The notes: generated from the sequence alone by a model not told the origin. DNA of 64,000 nucleotides from a virus (IMGVR_UViG_3300038393_001263:1-64000); one strand, 5' to 3'. Numbered from the stretch's first letter, positions 15,312 through 24,278 are shown. Made by a program: numbers and translations.

Positions 15312-16073
15312 ATGACGCTGAACCACTACCAGCGACTCTTCCTGCACTACTACCTCGGCGACGCCAACGGCGACGAGGTCAAGGCCGCCGAGATGGCGGG
15401 CTATGGGCGCCCCGCGTTGATGGGGCCTCGGCTGCTCAAGAGCCGGTCGGTCTGCGCCGAACTCGCGAAGAAACTCGACGACGCCGGCGCGATGTCGAGC
15501 ACCGAAATCCTCGCCAGGCTGTCGGCCATCGCCTCGCTGGACGTGATGGAGTTCGTCGAGTTCAAGACCGAGAAGAACCGCGCCGGCGAGGACGTCGAGA
15601 AGCCGTTCGTCAACCTCAAGAAGATCAAGAAGCTCAAGAAGGGCGGCTTGATCAAGGATCTCAAGATCCGCCCGAGCGGCGAGATCGAGATCAACCTCCA
15701 CAACGCCGTGGACGCGATGGACAAACTGGCCAAGTACCACGGCCTGTTCAAAGAGCGGATCGAGATCGAGCATATTGGCGGTGGCATCGGGAATGACCGA
15801 ATCATTGCAATCATTGGCGGGTTCGCTCAACTCGCGGGAGCGGTTGGCCCTGGAGCGGCATATCGCGAACCAGAGCCCGGCGGGCTACGCGGTGGTGGCG
15901 AGCAATGGGAAGTGGATGCCCGCCCCGCACTTGAGGTTGATCAACCAACTCCTGCTGTGGATCGACCAGAGGGCGGTGGATCGCCTTGTGATCACCCTCG
16001 GCCCGAGGCACGGGAAATCCGAGCTGATCTCGAAATACTTCCCGGCATGGACGATCGGCCGGAAGCCGAATGA
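15312..16073 (+). CDS. terS: Terminase small subunit
   Basis: YQRLFLHYYL...DEVKAAEMAGY, EILARLSAIA and MDKLAKYHGLFKE; last about 93 codons overlap terL in another frame. Confidence 0.85.
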   Translation: MTLNHYQRLFLHYYLGDANGDEVKAAEMAGYGRPALMGPRLLKSRSVCAELAKKLDDAGAMSSTEILARLSAIASLDVMEFVEFKTEKNRAGEDVEKPFVNLKKIKKLKKGGLIKDLKIRPSGEIEINLHNAVDAMDKLAKYHGLFKERIEIEHIGGGIGNDRIIAIIGGFAQLAGAVGPGAAYREPEPGGLRGGGEQWEVDARPALEVDQPTPAVDRPEGGGSPCDHPRPEAREIRADLEILPGMDDRPEAE

Positions 16074-16638
16074 CCGCTACATCCTCGCCAGTTACGAGTC
16101 CGATTTCGCCGCCGAGTGGGGCCGCAAGGTCCGTGACCTGATCGACGACAACGGCCAGCGTTTGTTCGGCGTCAAGCTTCGCCAGGACAGCAAGGCGGCC
16201 GACCACTGGATGGTCGAAGGCGCGGTCGGCGGCATGCAGACATGCGGCGTCGGGGGAGCCTTGACTGGAAAAGGCGCAGACATATTAGCCATCGATGATC
16301 CATTTAAGAGCATCGACGAGGCGAACAGCGAGACGATCCGGTCCAAGAAGATGGACTGGTTCCGCACCGCCGCCTACACGCGTCTTGAACCGACCGGCGC
16401 GATCATCATGGTCGCGACGCGGTGGCACGAGGAAGACATCACCGGCACCGTTCTCGAAGAGATGAAGGACGGCGGCGACCAGTGGACCTACCTCCATCTT
16501 CCTTCGCTGCACGAGGGCAAGGAGGTCTGGGCCGAACTGACGATCCCCGGCGAGCACGCCGAGCGGATCAAGGCTCACGAGGGGATGACGTTCAAGCAAC
16601 TCAATACCTTCCTTGAGCACTGCCAGGCTGCGGCATGA
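15793..16638 (+). CDS. terL: Terminase large subunit, N-terminal ATPase part
   Basis: Walker A VITLGPRHGKS, Walker B ILAIDDPFK, GGALTGKGAD and ATRWHEED. Confidence 0.9.
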   Translation: MTESLQSLAGSLNSRERLALERHIANQSPAGYAVVASNGKWMPAPHLRLINQLLLWIDQRAVDRLVITLGPRHGKSELISKYFPAWTIGRKPNDRYILASYESDFAAEWGRKVRDLIDDNGQRLFGVKLRQDSKAADHWMVEGAVGGMQTCGVGGALTGKGADILAIDDPFKSIDEANSETIRSKKMDWFRTAAYTRLEPTGAIIMVATRWHEEDITGTVLEEMKDGGDQWTYLHLPSLHEGKEVWAELTIPGEHAERIKAHEGMTFKQLNTFLEHCQAAA

Positions 16639-17531
16639 GCGTCGAAATCGAAGACGACGACATCGAGACGCTGAAGCCTGTTAAGATCCGCATCAAGGTC
16701 CATGACGACGGGCCGGCGCTGTGGCCCGAGCGATTCTCGGCCAGGAAACTTCGCCAGACGGCGAAGACGATCGGGTCGTATTTCTTCGCGGCGCTCTACC
16801 AGGGTTCACCTTCGCCCGAAGGCGGCGGCCGGTTCAAGCGTTCGTGGTTCAAATACTACAAACTCCAGAACGGCTATCTCCGTCTCGACGGACGCTCTTT
16901 CCAGTTGGCCCACTGCCGAATATTCGGCTGCGTCGACCTCGCATTCGCGCTAAAGAAGGATTCGGACTACACGGTGATCGGTGCGTTCGCCGTCACCCCC
17001 GATTGCGACCTCGTCCTGCTCGATCTTCATCGTGAACGCATGACCGGAGACCAACTGGTCCCCGCGTGCCGGGCGATGGAGACGAAGTGGGGTTTCGTCT
17101 ATATCGGGATCGAGGACGTTCAGGCCCAAACGCTCGTCGTCCAGACGGCCCGAAAGCAAGGGCTTGTGGTCCGACCGCTCAAGGCCAACATGGACAAGGG
17201 CGAGCGGGCTATACCGTTGCAAATCTACATGGAAGCCGGCCAGGTTTGGTTTCCGTCGTCGCATCCCGAACTCGCCAACCTCGAACACGAACTCCTCACG
17301 TTTCCGCAGGGCGCGAAGGACGACACGGTCGACGTGCTCGCCTATGCCGGGCTCCAGATGCAGAAGTACGGCGCGGCCGCCATTCCACCTGAAGAACGAG
17401 CCCGCCTCGAACGCGAACGCCTCGAACGCGAGTGGCAGGCCAAGGTCGAACGCGACAAGGCCGCGCAAGCCGACTACGAACACCCCCGATGGTGGCAAGA
17501 CGCATGGAGCGGAGACGAGCATGACGATTAG
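16635..17531 (+). CDS. terL: Terminase large subunit, C-terminal RNase H-like nuclease part
   Basis: ALWPERF, ALYQGSPSPEGG, VDLAF, IGIEDVQ, DKGERA and AKDDTVD; ATGA overlap with the ATPase ORF. Confidence 0.9.
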   Translation: MSVEIEDDDIETLKPVKIRIKVHDDGPALWPERFSARKLRQTAKTIGSYFFAALYQGSPSPEGGGRFKRSWFKYYKLQNGYLRLDGRSFQLAHCRIFGCVDLAFALKKDSDYTVIGAFAVTPDCDLVLLDLHRERMTGDQLVPACRAMETKWGFVYIGIEDVQAQTLVVQTARKQGLVVRPLKANMDKGERAIPLQIYMEAGQVWFPSSHPELANLEHELLTFPQGAKDDTVDVLAYAGLQMQKYGAAAIPPEERARLERERLEREWQAKVERDKAAQADYEHPRWWQDAWSGDEHDD

Positions 17532-17533
17532 TA

Positions 17534-17562
17534 TTGACTTTTGGCTATGATATAAGGATAAT
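17534..17562 (+). promoter_or_regulatory. Putative sigma70 promoter upstream of tnpB
   Basis: TTGACT-N17-GATAAT. Confidence 0.55.
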
Positions 17563-17609
17563 CGAGTTCTCTCTATGGGCGCGGGGTTGTTTTCGGCATA
17601 GGAAAAACC

Positions 17610-18803
17610 GTGGCGACGTACACATACAAGTTCCGGATATCACCCAACGCCGATCAAGCCTCTCGGCTGTCCCGGAATTTCGGCGCATGCCGGTTTGTGT
17701 ACAACTACTTTCTCGCCAAGAGACAACAGGTATACCGAGAGAACGGGAAGGGGTCAACGTATTACAAAGACTGTGCCGACCTCACCCAATTGAAGAAAGA
17801 ACTGCCGTGGATCAAGGACGCAAATTCCCAGTCCTTGCAGAAGGAGTTGAGGAACCTTGACACCGCCTATAGTCAGTTCTTCAAGAAGAAGGCCCGCTTT
17901 CCCAAATTCCACTCCAAGCACAAGGACAAGCAATCTTTCCATGTTCCCCAAGGAACACGGTTGAAGAACGGGCGGTTGTATATCCCGAAGTTTAAAGAGG
18001 GTATTCGGCTCAAGCAACACCGCCCTATCGATGGCGAGATCAGGCATGCGACGGTCATCCGGAACCGATCTGGCCAGCACTTTGTCTGCATCTGTGTTGA
18101 GCGGGATTTGCCGAAATTCGAGACGAACTCCAACATGGTTGGCGTCGATCTCGGCTTGAAGGACTTGGCGACGTGTAGCGACGGCGAGGTCTTTGAGAAC
18201 ATCCGACCCTATCGCAACCTGCACCGCCGTCTCCGCCGACTACAGAAGTCGGTCAGTAGAAAGGTCAAGGGGTCGCACAGCTATATCAGAGCCAAGCAGT
18301 TGGTGGCTAAGTGCCACCAGAAGATCGCCGACATCCGGAACAACCATCTCCATCGGGTCAGCAAGTCACTGGTCAACGAGAATCAAGTGATCGTGCTTGA
18401 AGACCTCCATGTCAAGGGGATGATGGCAAATCGGAGGTTGGCTAAGTCGGTGGCGGACGTGTCATTTCATGAATTGGCGAGACAGATCGAGTACAAGGCG
18501 GGGTGGTATGGGCGGGAAGTGATCCGGGTGGACCGCTGGTATCCTTCGTCCAAGACCTGTCATGCGTGCGGATTCATCAATGAAGGATTGACGTTAGAAG
18601 ACAGGGAATGGACATGCCCGATTTGCAAGAAAGAACATGATCGAGACTTCAACGCCTCGATGAATATCCTTGCCGAAGGCATGCGCCAACGAAGCACAAC
18701 CGTGGGAACCACGGGGGTAGCGTGTGGAGAGGGTATTAGACTTCCATCGGGAAGCTGCTCTCGTCGAAGCACAGAAGCCGCTGGATATTTAGCCCAGCGA
18801 TAG
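17610..18803 (+). CDS. tnpB: TnpB RNA-guided endonuclease
   Basis: HTH start TYKFRISPN...FGACRFVYN; RuvC-I GVDLGLK; RuvC-II VLEDLHV; Zn finger SSKTCHACG..CPIC; RuvC-III HDRDFNASMNI. Confidence 0.95.
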   Translation: MATYTYKFRISPNADQASRLSRNFGACRFVYNYFLAKRQQVYRENGKGSTYYKDCADLTQLKKELPWIKDANSQSLQKELRNLDTAYSQFFKKKARFPKFHSKHKDKQSFHVPQGTRLKNGRLYIPKFKEGIRLKQHRPIDGEIRHATVIRNRSGQHFVCICVERDLPKFETNSNMVGVDLGLKDLATCSDGEVFENIRPYRNLHRRLRRLQKSVSRKVKGSHSYIRAKQLVAKCHQKIADIRNNHLHRVSKSLVNENQVIVLEDLHVKGMMANRRLAKSVADVSFHELARQIEYKAGWYGREVIRVDRWYPSSKTCHACGFINEGLTLEDREWTCPICKKEHDRDFNASMNILAEGMRQRSTTVGTTGVACGEGIRLPSGSCSRRSTEAAGYLAQR

Positions 18804-18867
18804 TTCACCAGGGCGAGCGAGACCGCGTCTCCGCGCGTTGCGCCGCAGCACTCAGGGCCTTGCAGTC

Positions 18868-19311
18868 ATGAGCATCGAAGCCAAGCGTCGCGGTCGTCCG
18901 CCGAAAGCGCGAGCCGAGTCCGTCGAAGAGATCGCCGAAGACGTCGTCGAAGACGAGGTCGTCGAAGAGGACGCCCCGGACGAAGCGGTCCCGGTGGTCG
19001 TCGCGAACGGCCCGAAGTGCAAGTTCTGCGGCCGTCCGATGATGAGGTCGACCAAACTGCTCAAGCGGTACGAACTGGTCGCCGTCCGCTGCTCGCGGTG
19101 CCGCACGCTCGGGATCGAGCACGACGACTACGGCCCGTTCGACGAGAACTCGGCGATCGTCGGCAGCCCCCCGCCCATCGTCGTCCGGGCGCGGACGCTG
19201 TACGCCGAACGACACGCCGTCGCGCCGCCCCCGCCGCTCCAGCACGACCCGGTCTACGCCGCGATCACGAGCGATTGGGACGACGGACGCTGGGCCGAGA
19301 TCGAAATGTGA
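18868..19311 (+). CDS. AT-hook and Zn-ribbon hypothetical protein
   Basis: KRRGRPPK, an acidic tract, and CKFC...CSRC. Confidence 0.55.
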   Translation: MSIEAKRRGRPPKARAESVEEIAEDVVEDEVVEEDAPDEAVPVVVANGPKCKFCGRPMMRSTKLLKRYELVAVRCSRCRTLGIEHDDYGPFDENSAIVGSPPPIVVRARTLYAERHAVAPPPPLQHDPVYAAITSDWDDGRWAEIEM

Positions 19312-19357
19312 TTAAGGCCGCGATCGGGGTTGAGCCGAAGACCAGAATGCGATATCA

Positions 19358-19633
19358 TTGGCATTTGTCAGTGATCTGACGCCCGCCGGAATCACCATGC
19401 ACCGCAGACGCCGCGACGCCATCGAAGACTTCCTCGTCGTCACAGCCGGCCCCTGGCTTCCCGCCGCGATCGATTTCGCGTGGAAGACCCTGCTCGGCCT
19501 GGCGGCGATCCCCCTGGCGCTGATCGCGTTTATGGGGCTGAAAGTCTTCCGGTGGATCCTTCGGCTGCACGACTTCGGCGAGAGGACGCAGAACGCCATC
19601 AGCCTCTTCATCAACCCCCGGCGCGACGCATGA
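19358..19633 (+). CDS. Small membrane protein
   Basis: TM segment LLGLAAIPLALIAFMGL. Confidence 0.4.
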   Translation: MAFVSDLTPAGITMHRRRRDAIEDFLVVTAGPWLPAAIDFAWKTLLGLAAIPLALIAFMGLKVFRWILRLHDFGERTQNAISLFINPRRDA

Positions 19634-19896
19634 TCGAAACGACGAACGACGCCGAGACGTATTGCTCGGACTGCGGCTGCATCTCCGACGACGAGATTTG
19701 CCCGCGATGCCGCGCGGAGATCGCCGACGCCCAGAGCCGGAACCCGGACTATCGCGGCGACCGGCGCTGGAACGGGCAGATCATGTCGCGACGCAACGAC
19801 GAACTGGACGGAACCGTACTGTCCGACGTAAGGGAGATGCCGGGGTTCTCGATGTCGAGACGATGGCGGATTAAAGGAAATCGCCGTTTCCTTTAA
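19630..19896 (+). CDS. Zn-ribbon hypothetical protein
   Basis: CSDC...CPRC; ATGA overlap. Confidence 0.45.
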   Translation: MIETTNDAETYCSDCGCISDDEICPRCRAEIADAQSRNPDYRGDRRWNGQIMSRRNDELDGTVLSDVREMPGFSMSRRWRIKGNRRFL

Positions 19897-19947
19897 TACA
19901 AACGCTCGGATGAAAGCCTTGTCATCGGGTCATGAAATAAGGAAGCC

Positions 19948-20193
19948 ATGAGCGTCATCCATCGGCAGGTCATCGACCACGACCACGGGCTGAAGTGCAA
20001 GCGGTGCGGCTGTCGCTATGAGGCCGAGCACGTCGAGACGTATTCGCATCGCTTCGACAATCGCTTCGATCCGAAAAGCGACGCGCCGCCCACGCCGAAC
20101 GCCTCCCATGTCCAACTGAAGTGCGTCGACTGCGGCGAATCCGAATGCTATCCGTCGATCGAATACGCGGTTTCGGTGGAGAAGACGTCATGA
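19948..20193 (+). CDS. Zn-ribbon hypothetical protein
   Basis: AAGGA upstream; CKRC...CVDC. Confidence 0.5.
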   Translation: MSVIHRQVIDHDHGLKCKRCGCRYEAEHVETYSHRFDNRFDPKSDAPPTPNASHVQLKCVDCGESECYPSIEYAVSVEKTS

Positions 20194-20333
20194 TCCCTCT
20201 CTATACGTTCAGCGTGGCGATGTTCCCCGGCCATGCGACGATGGCCCTGCCGCGATTCCGCGAGATGAATCACTATTACTGTGTGAACGCCGCGATCTAT
20301 GCGGAACTGTCGTTCGCCGAAGCGACCAACTGA
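20190..20333 (+). CDS. Small hypothetical protein
   Basis: ATGA overlap; 47 aa. Confidence 0.3.
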   Translation: MIPLYTFSVAMFPGHATMALPRFREMNHYYCVNAAIYAELSFAEATN

Positions 20334-20345
20334 TACACACGCCAG

Positions 20346-20440
20346 GGCGAGGTGGCTCAGCCTCCGAAACAGTAGAACAGGCTGGCGCCAGCCTGGGATT
20401 CACGTCGGATGTGCAGCAGGTTCGAAGCCTGCCCTTGGTT
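20346..20440 (+). tRNA. Degenerate tRNA-like element (anticodon not assignable)
   Basis: TGGCTCAG A-box start; T-arm gcagg-TTCGAAG-cctgc; acceptor cgagg/ccttg; long variable arm; abnormal anticodon arm; no encoded CCA. Confidence 0.4.
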
Positions 20441-20448
20441 CTCTACGT

Positions 20449-20502
20449 CCCGCCATGCTTCCCTTGCTGAGTCATCGGCGAGGCCCGTGGCGGGTTTTCT
20501 TT
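20449..20502 (+). terminator. Extended hairpin with T-tract after the tRNA-like element
   Basis: cccgccatg/cgtggcggg outer stem with inner ttgctga/tcggcga stem, followed by TTTTCTTT. Confidence 0.5.
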
Positions 20503-20524
20503 GACAATTCGGAGCCGGCGTGCC

Positions 20525-20755
20525 ATGCGACACCGCCTCAAGCCGTCCTTCGACGACATGGAGGATCGGATCAGCCCGAGCACGCTGATATCCGACCCCA
20601 CGGTGCCGCGTCCTCCGACGAATCCCGATCCGACGCCCCCGCCGACGCCGACTCCACCGCCCATGCCCGAGCCGTCGCCCGGACCGTATCCCGGCGACGA
20701 CCCTCCGATCGTGTATCCGCCGCCACCCGAAGGCGGACCAGTCGGACCCGCCTGA
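20525..20755 (+). CDS. Small Pro-rich protein with a planctomycete-type export motif
   Basis: MRHRLKPSFDDMEDRISPS resembles the R..P.LE.LEDR..PS planctomycete extracellular N-terminal motif. Confidence 0.6.
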   Translation: MRHRLKPSFDDMEDRISPSTLISDPTVPRPPTNPDPTPPPTPTPPPMPEPSPGPYPGDDPPIVYPPPPEGGPVGPA

Positions 20756-20783
20756 ATCACCTTCCTCGGCTGCCGGATCAACC

Positions 20784-22424
20784 TTGCCCACCCTCAGCGA
20801 GCGAATCGACGGAGCCCTCTCGGCGTACGGGTTCGAGCGTAAAAGCTCGCCCGGACCTGCGGGGGGATACTCCTTCGGCACCACGTTCGTCGGCGGCCCG
20901 AACTACACCGACGCGTGGAAGTCGAAGCGAGCCCCGTCGCCGGCCGAACTGGTCGAGCACTTCAAGTCGCTCGTCTTCTCGTGCGTCATCACGAACGCCG
21001 ACGCCGTTAGTTCGGTGCCGCTCAAACTCTACATGAACGTCTCCGACGGCCGCAAGCCGAAGGACGGACTGGGGTCGCAGGAGATCACCAAGCGGCAGGT
21101 CGAGCATCTTCGCTCCACGCAGTACGTCGGAGGCTCGGCGGGCGTCTCGGACATCAGGGAGGTCCGCGACCATCCCTTCCTCATGGCGCTGGACCAGCCC
21201 GATCCGCAGGGCATCCTCAGCCGCACGCAACTTCTCAAACTGATATCGATGTACTGCGACACGGTCGGCGTCGCGTACGTCCAGCCCGAAGGCCGCGTCA
21301 GTGCCCCGTACCGCTGGCTGTGGATCCTCGCCAGCCAGTACATGCTGCCGGTGTTCGACGGCTCCAGTCCGATCCCGTCGTCGTACAACTACGGCAGCCG
21401 GAACTTCAAACCCGAAGAACTGATCTGCTTCCGAACCAGCCTCAGCCTCAAGAACTCCTACGGGTCGAACTACTCGCCGCTCTACGCGGCCGTCGAGTAC
21501 GCCAAGCTCGAAGACAAGTTCGTCTCGATCCAGGAACAGTTGATGGCGCAGGGGCCGCGTCCCAACCTTTTGGTGACGCCGTCGAACCCCGACCTGCCGC
21601 CCGGCCAGGACGAGAAACTTCGGTTCGAGCAAGACCTGAACCGGAAGCACGCTCGCGGCGCGCAGGGCGGCGTGATCGTCGCCAACGGCGCCTGGGACGT
21701 GAAGCCGATCACGTACAGTCCGACCGACCTGACCGGCCTGAAGATCGCCGAGTACGACCTGGAGCGGATCTGCGCGTGCTTCGGCGTGCCGATCACGCTG
21801 TTCCTCAGCGAGACGAACCTCGCCAACCTCCAGGCGGCCGAGAAACTTCACGCCGTCCGCGCCGTCAATCCCCGCTGCAAGGCGATCGCCGACCGCCTGA
21901 CGCAAGTCGTCCGCCAGTGGGATCGACGCCTGTTCTTCGCGTTCGACAACGCGGTGGCCGCCGACCGCGAGTTGGAGGCGAAGCTTTTCGACATGGAGAT
22001 CAAGAACGGCTCCACGACGATCAACCAGGCGAACCAGGAGACCGGGAAGCCGCCCGTGCCGTGGGGCGACGAGCCGTGGTTCCAGAACACGATGGCCCAG
22101 CCGTCGGCGATCAAGGAATTGAACCAAGCTACTATTACGGCAAGCACCCTCGCTGCGGTAGGATCGAAGGAAGGCGGCGGCAGTGCGGCCGTCGGCAACA
22201 AGGACGCGAAGAAAGCCAAGGGCGGCTCGCAGAAGGGCGGCTCCGATGCTAAGCGGAATCTTGAGCCTGGCTATCCCGATCTTCCTGGCGTTGTTCGTAG
22301 CCTTCACGATCAAGCCGATGAGGCGGTTCTTGCAGTCGAAGGATTGACGCTGGAGGGTGAGGATGGCGACCCTTTCGCCTTCCTGGCCTGGGACGAGGAA
22401 AGCCGCTCGGCGGCGAACGGCTGA
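20784..22424 (+). CDS. Portal protein (HK97/lambda-like)
   Basis: GSNYSPLYAA, RFEQDLNRKHARGAQ, ERICACFGVP, NLANLQAA and STTINQAN..GKPPV. Confidence 0.9.
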   Translation: MPTLSERIDGALSAYGFERKSSPGPAGGYSFGTTFVGGPNYTDAWKSKRAPSPAELVEHFKSLVFSCVITNADAVSSVPLKLYMNVSDGRKPKDGLGSQEITKRQVEHLRSTQYVGGSAGVSDIREVRDHPFLMALDQPDPQGILSRTQLLKLISMYCDTVGVAYVQPEGRVSAPYRWLWILASQYMLPVFDGSSPIPSSYNYGSRNFKPEELICFRTSLSLKNSYGSNYSPLYAAVEYAKLEDKFVSIQEQLMAQGPRPNLLVTPSNPDLPPGQDEKLRFEQDLNRKHARGAQGGVIVANGAWDVKPITYSPTDLTGLKIAEYDLERICACFGVPITLFLSETNLANLQAAEKLHAVRAVNPRCKAIADRLTQVVRQWDRRLFFAFDNAVAADRELEAKLFDMEIKNGSTTINQANQETGKPPVPWGDEPWFQNTMAQPSAIKELNQATITASTLAAVGSKEGGGSAAVGNKDAKKAKGGSQKGGSDAKRNLEPGYPDLPGVVRSLHDQADEAVLAVEGLTLEGEDGDPFAFLAWDEESRSAANG

Positions 22425-23194
22425 TCGCCAAGCCGGCGTCGGCCGAGGCGATCCTCGCCCACGTCCTCAAGAAACTCGGATGGACCTCGCGCTACAAGAA
22501 GGGATCGCTCGATGAGCATGAGCGTCTTCGCCTCCTCGCAGCGATTCGCGCTTTTTCAAAAGCGTGGATCCGACATGAGGCTGAACAGTGGGCGCGGCAG
22601 CAACTCGACTGGCAAGAGAAGCGGAGTCTTCTCGGCGCAGCCGAAGTTGAGCAAGTTGGGCGGTCTCTACGTGAACAAGCGGAGCGGTTCTTCCGGCGGA
22701 TGAAAGGGTTCGTCCGCGAGTCGATCGTCGCGGGCGTCATGGGTCTGCTCGGCCCGCGTCCGATGACCGGCGAAGAACTCCAGCACGCCGAACGCCTCGC
22801 GACCGTCCAGGACGCGTACCTCGATCGCTTCAAGGCCGACCTGCTTCGTCCCCAGCCGTTCCCGCCCGACAAGACCTACCAAATCTTCATCGGCCCCGCG
22901 CCGATCACCGCCAATCAGTTCATCGCCCGCGCGGAGTCCTACGGCGCGACCGTCTGGGGCGACGCGCAGGAGATCGCCCGAGCGTCCTACGCTCGCGAAG
23001 GCGTGTTCGACGAGGAACGGCTGGTTCTCGGCGACGCGGAACACTGCCAAGGCTGTATCGACGACAATGCTCGCGGCTTCGTCCCCATTGGAACGCTGGC
23101 TCCGATCGGGTCGCGCGAGTGCAGGCAAAATTGCCGGTGTCATTTCAGCTACCGCAGACGTCCGATCAACACGGTTTTTCAGGCGACGCCATGA
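22421..23194 (+). CDS. Head morphogenesis protein (MuF/SPP1 gp7-like); start uncertain (CTG 22421 or ATG 22700)
   Basis: C-terminal HCQGC...RECRQNCRC; frame open from 22361; position after portal. Confidence 0.65.
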   Translation: MIAKPASAEAILAHVLKKLGWTSRYKKGSLDEHERLRLLAAIRAFSKAWIRHEAEQWARQQLDWQEKRSLLGAAEVEQVGRSLREQAERFFRRMKGFVRESIVAGVMGLLGPRPMTGEELQHAERLATVQDAYLDRFKADLLRPQPFPPDKTYQIFIGPAPITANQFIARAESYGATVWGDAQEIARASYAREGVFDEERLVLGDAEHCQGCIDDNARGFVPIGTLAPIGSRECRQNCRCHFSYRRRPINTVFQATP

Positions 23195-23430
23195 GCAGCG
23201 AACTCGGCAGGATCATGAGCGGCCGTAAGCTCGGCGACATGATCGTTGAAGCCTTGGGCATCACTCATCCCGTTCGCAGCATCAAGATCGAACTCGACTG
23301 GCGCGGTGAGCCGGCACTCGTGACGATCGAGTCGTTCGTTCGCGACGAGCAAGGGAAGAAACTCGCGATCCTCTTGACCGAAGGCTTCGAACTTCGCAAG
23401 CGGAGCGAGGAGCAAACGCCGCTGGTGTAG
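23191..23430 (+). CDS. Hypothetical protein
   Basis: ATGA overlap. Confidence 0.55.
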   Translation: MSSELGRIMSGRKLGDMIVEALGITHPVRSIKIELDWRGEPALVTIESFVRDEQGKKLAILLTEGFELRKRSEEQTPLV

Positions 23431-23432
23431 CC

Positions 23433-23987
23433 ATGCCGATCTCGTGGAATCCGACGAGTTGGATCGACCGGCTCGTCGAGCAACGGATGCACGTCGCCGG
23501 CCAATCAATGGTCGCGATGGCCAAGGCGTTGGTTCCCGTCGACACCGGATTGCTCAAGTCGAAGATTTACTACACCTACGCGCCCGCCACCAAGACGCTG
23601 ACGCTGCACGCGGATACCGGCTACAGCCTCTTCGTGGAGCAGGGCACGCATAAAATGGCGCCACGGCCTTATCTAAGGCCAGCCATCAACGCCTTCGCCC
23701 CCGCCTTCCTGACCGGGAAGTTCACGGGCGTCTCCACCCAGATCATGGGCGGGACGTTCAACGACGAATTCCACGTCCCGCTCAAGATCCAATCCAAGAT
23801 TCGCCCCCATATCGCCGCCGCGAACGCCATGCACAACGTCGGCGCGGTCGCGAGGACGAAGTTGACCGCCGTCCATATGACCCGCGACAACGAGCCGCGA
23901 CGTCACAACGTCGGACTCCAGCAGAAGAACAAGGTCATCCTTTCGAGCCTGTCCAAGCTCAACCGCATGCGCAAGGCATGGAATTAA
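23433..23987 (+). CDS. HK97 gp10-like tail/neck component
   Basis: PVDTGLLKSKI and YSLFVEQGTHKMAPRPYLRPA. Confidence 0.8.
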   Translation: MPISWNPTSWIDRLVEQRMHVAGQSMVAMAKALVPVDTGLLKSKIYYTYAPATKTLTLHADTGYSLFVEQGTHKMAPRPYLRPAINAFAPAFLTGKFTGVSTQIMGGTFNDEFHVPLKIQSKIRPHIAAANAMHNVGAVARTKLTAVHMTRDNEPRRHNVGLQQKNKVILSSLSKLNRMRKAWN

Positions 23988-24247
23988 TGATCTCTCCTCC
24001 CCTGCTCGTCTCCCCCCTCGTCGCCCTCACCGACTCCGAACGCGAAGAGTTCACCGGCGAAGTCAAGGACATTTCCAAGGCGACGGACGGATCGGTGATC
24101 TCGATCCCGTTCCCGATCGCGATGCACCACCGGATCGACGGGATCTGGCTCCCCGTCTCGGACCTCGGCTCGTTCCACGCACCGCCCGATCCCAAGGCGA
24201 AACCTGAGCCGGAAGAGTCGAGTTACGTACCGGACGAGTTCGCCTGA
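23987..24247 (+). CDS. Hypothetical protein
   Basis: TAATG overlap. Confidence 0.5.
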   Translation: MISPPLLVSPLVALTDSEREEFTGEVKDISKATDGSVISIPFPIAMHHRIDGIWLPVSDLGSFHAPPDPKAKPEPEESSYVPDEFA

Positions 24248-24278
24248 GCGACCGCCTTTCCGAATCACGAGGCTTGAA

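Larger units (their letters stand above)
17532..18808 (+). mobile_element. IS200/IS605-family element with tnpB only (IS1341-like); left boundary approximate
   Basis: Visibly lower GC than the flanks; right end hairpin cgctgg..ccagcg followed by TAGTTCAC; no tnpA in the window. Confidence 0.75.

Noticed and set aside
16500-16720. Split intein or pseudogenising frameshift at the TerL break
   Set aside because: There is no Cys/Ser-start or His-Asn-end intein motif. Both halves are intact and joined by an ATGA overlap.
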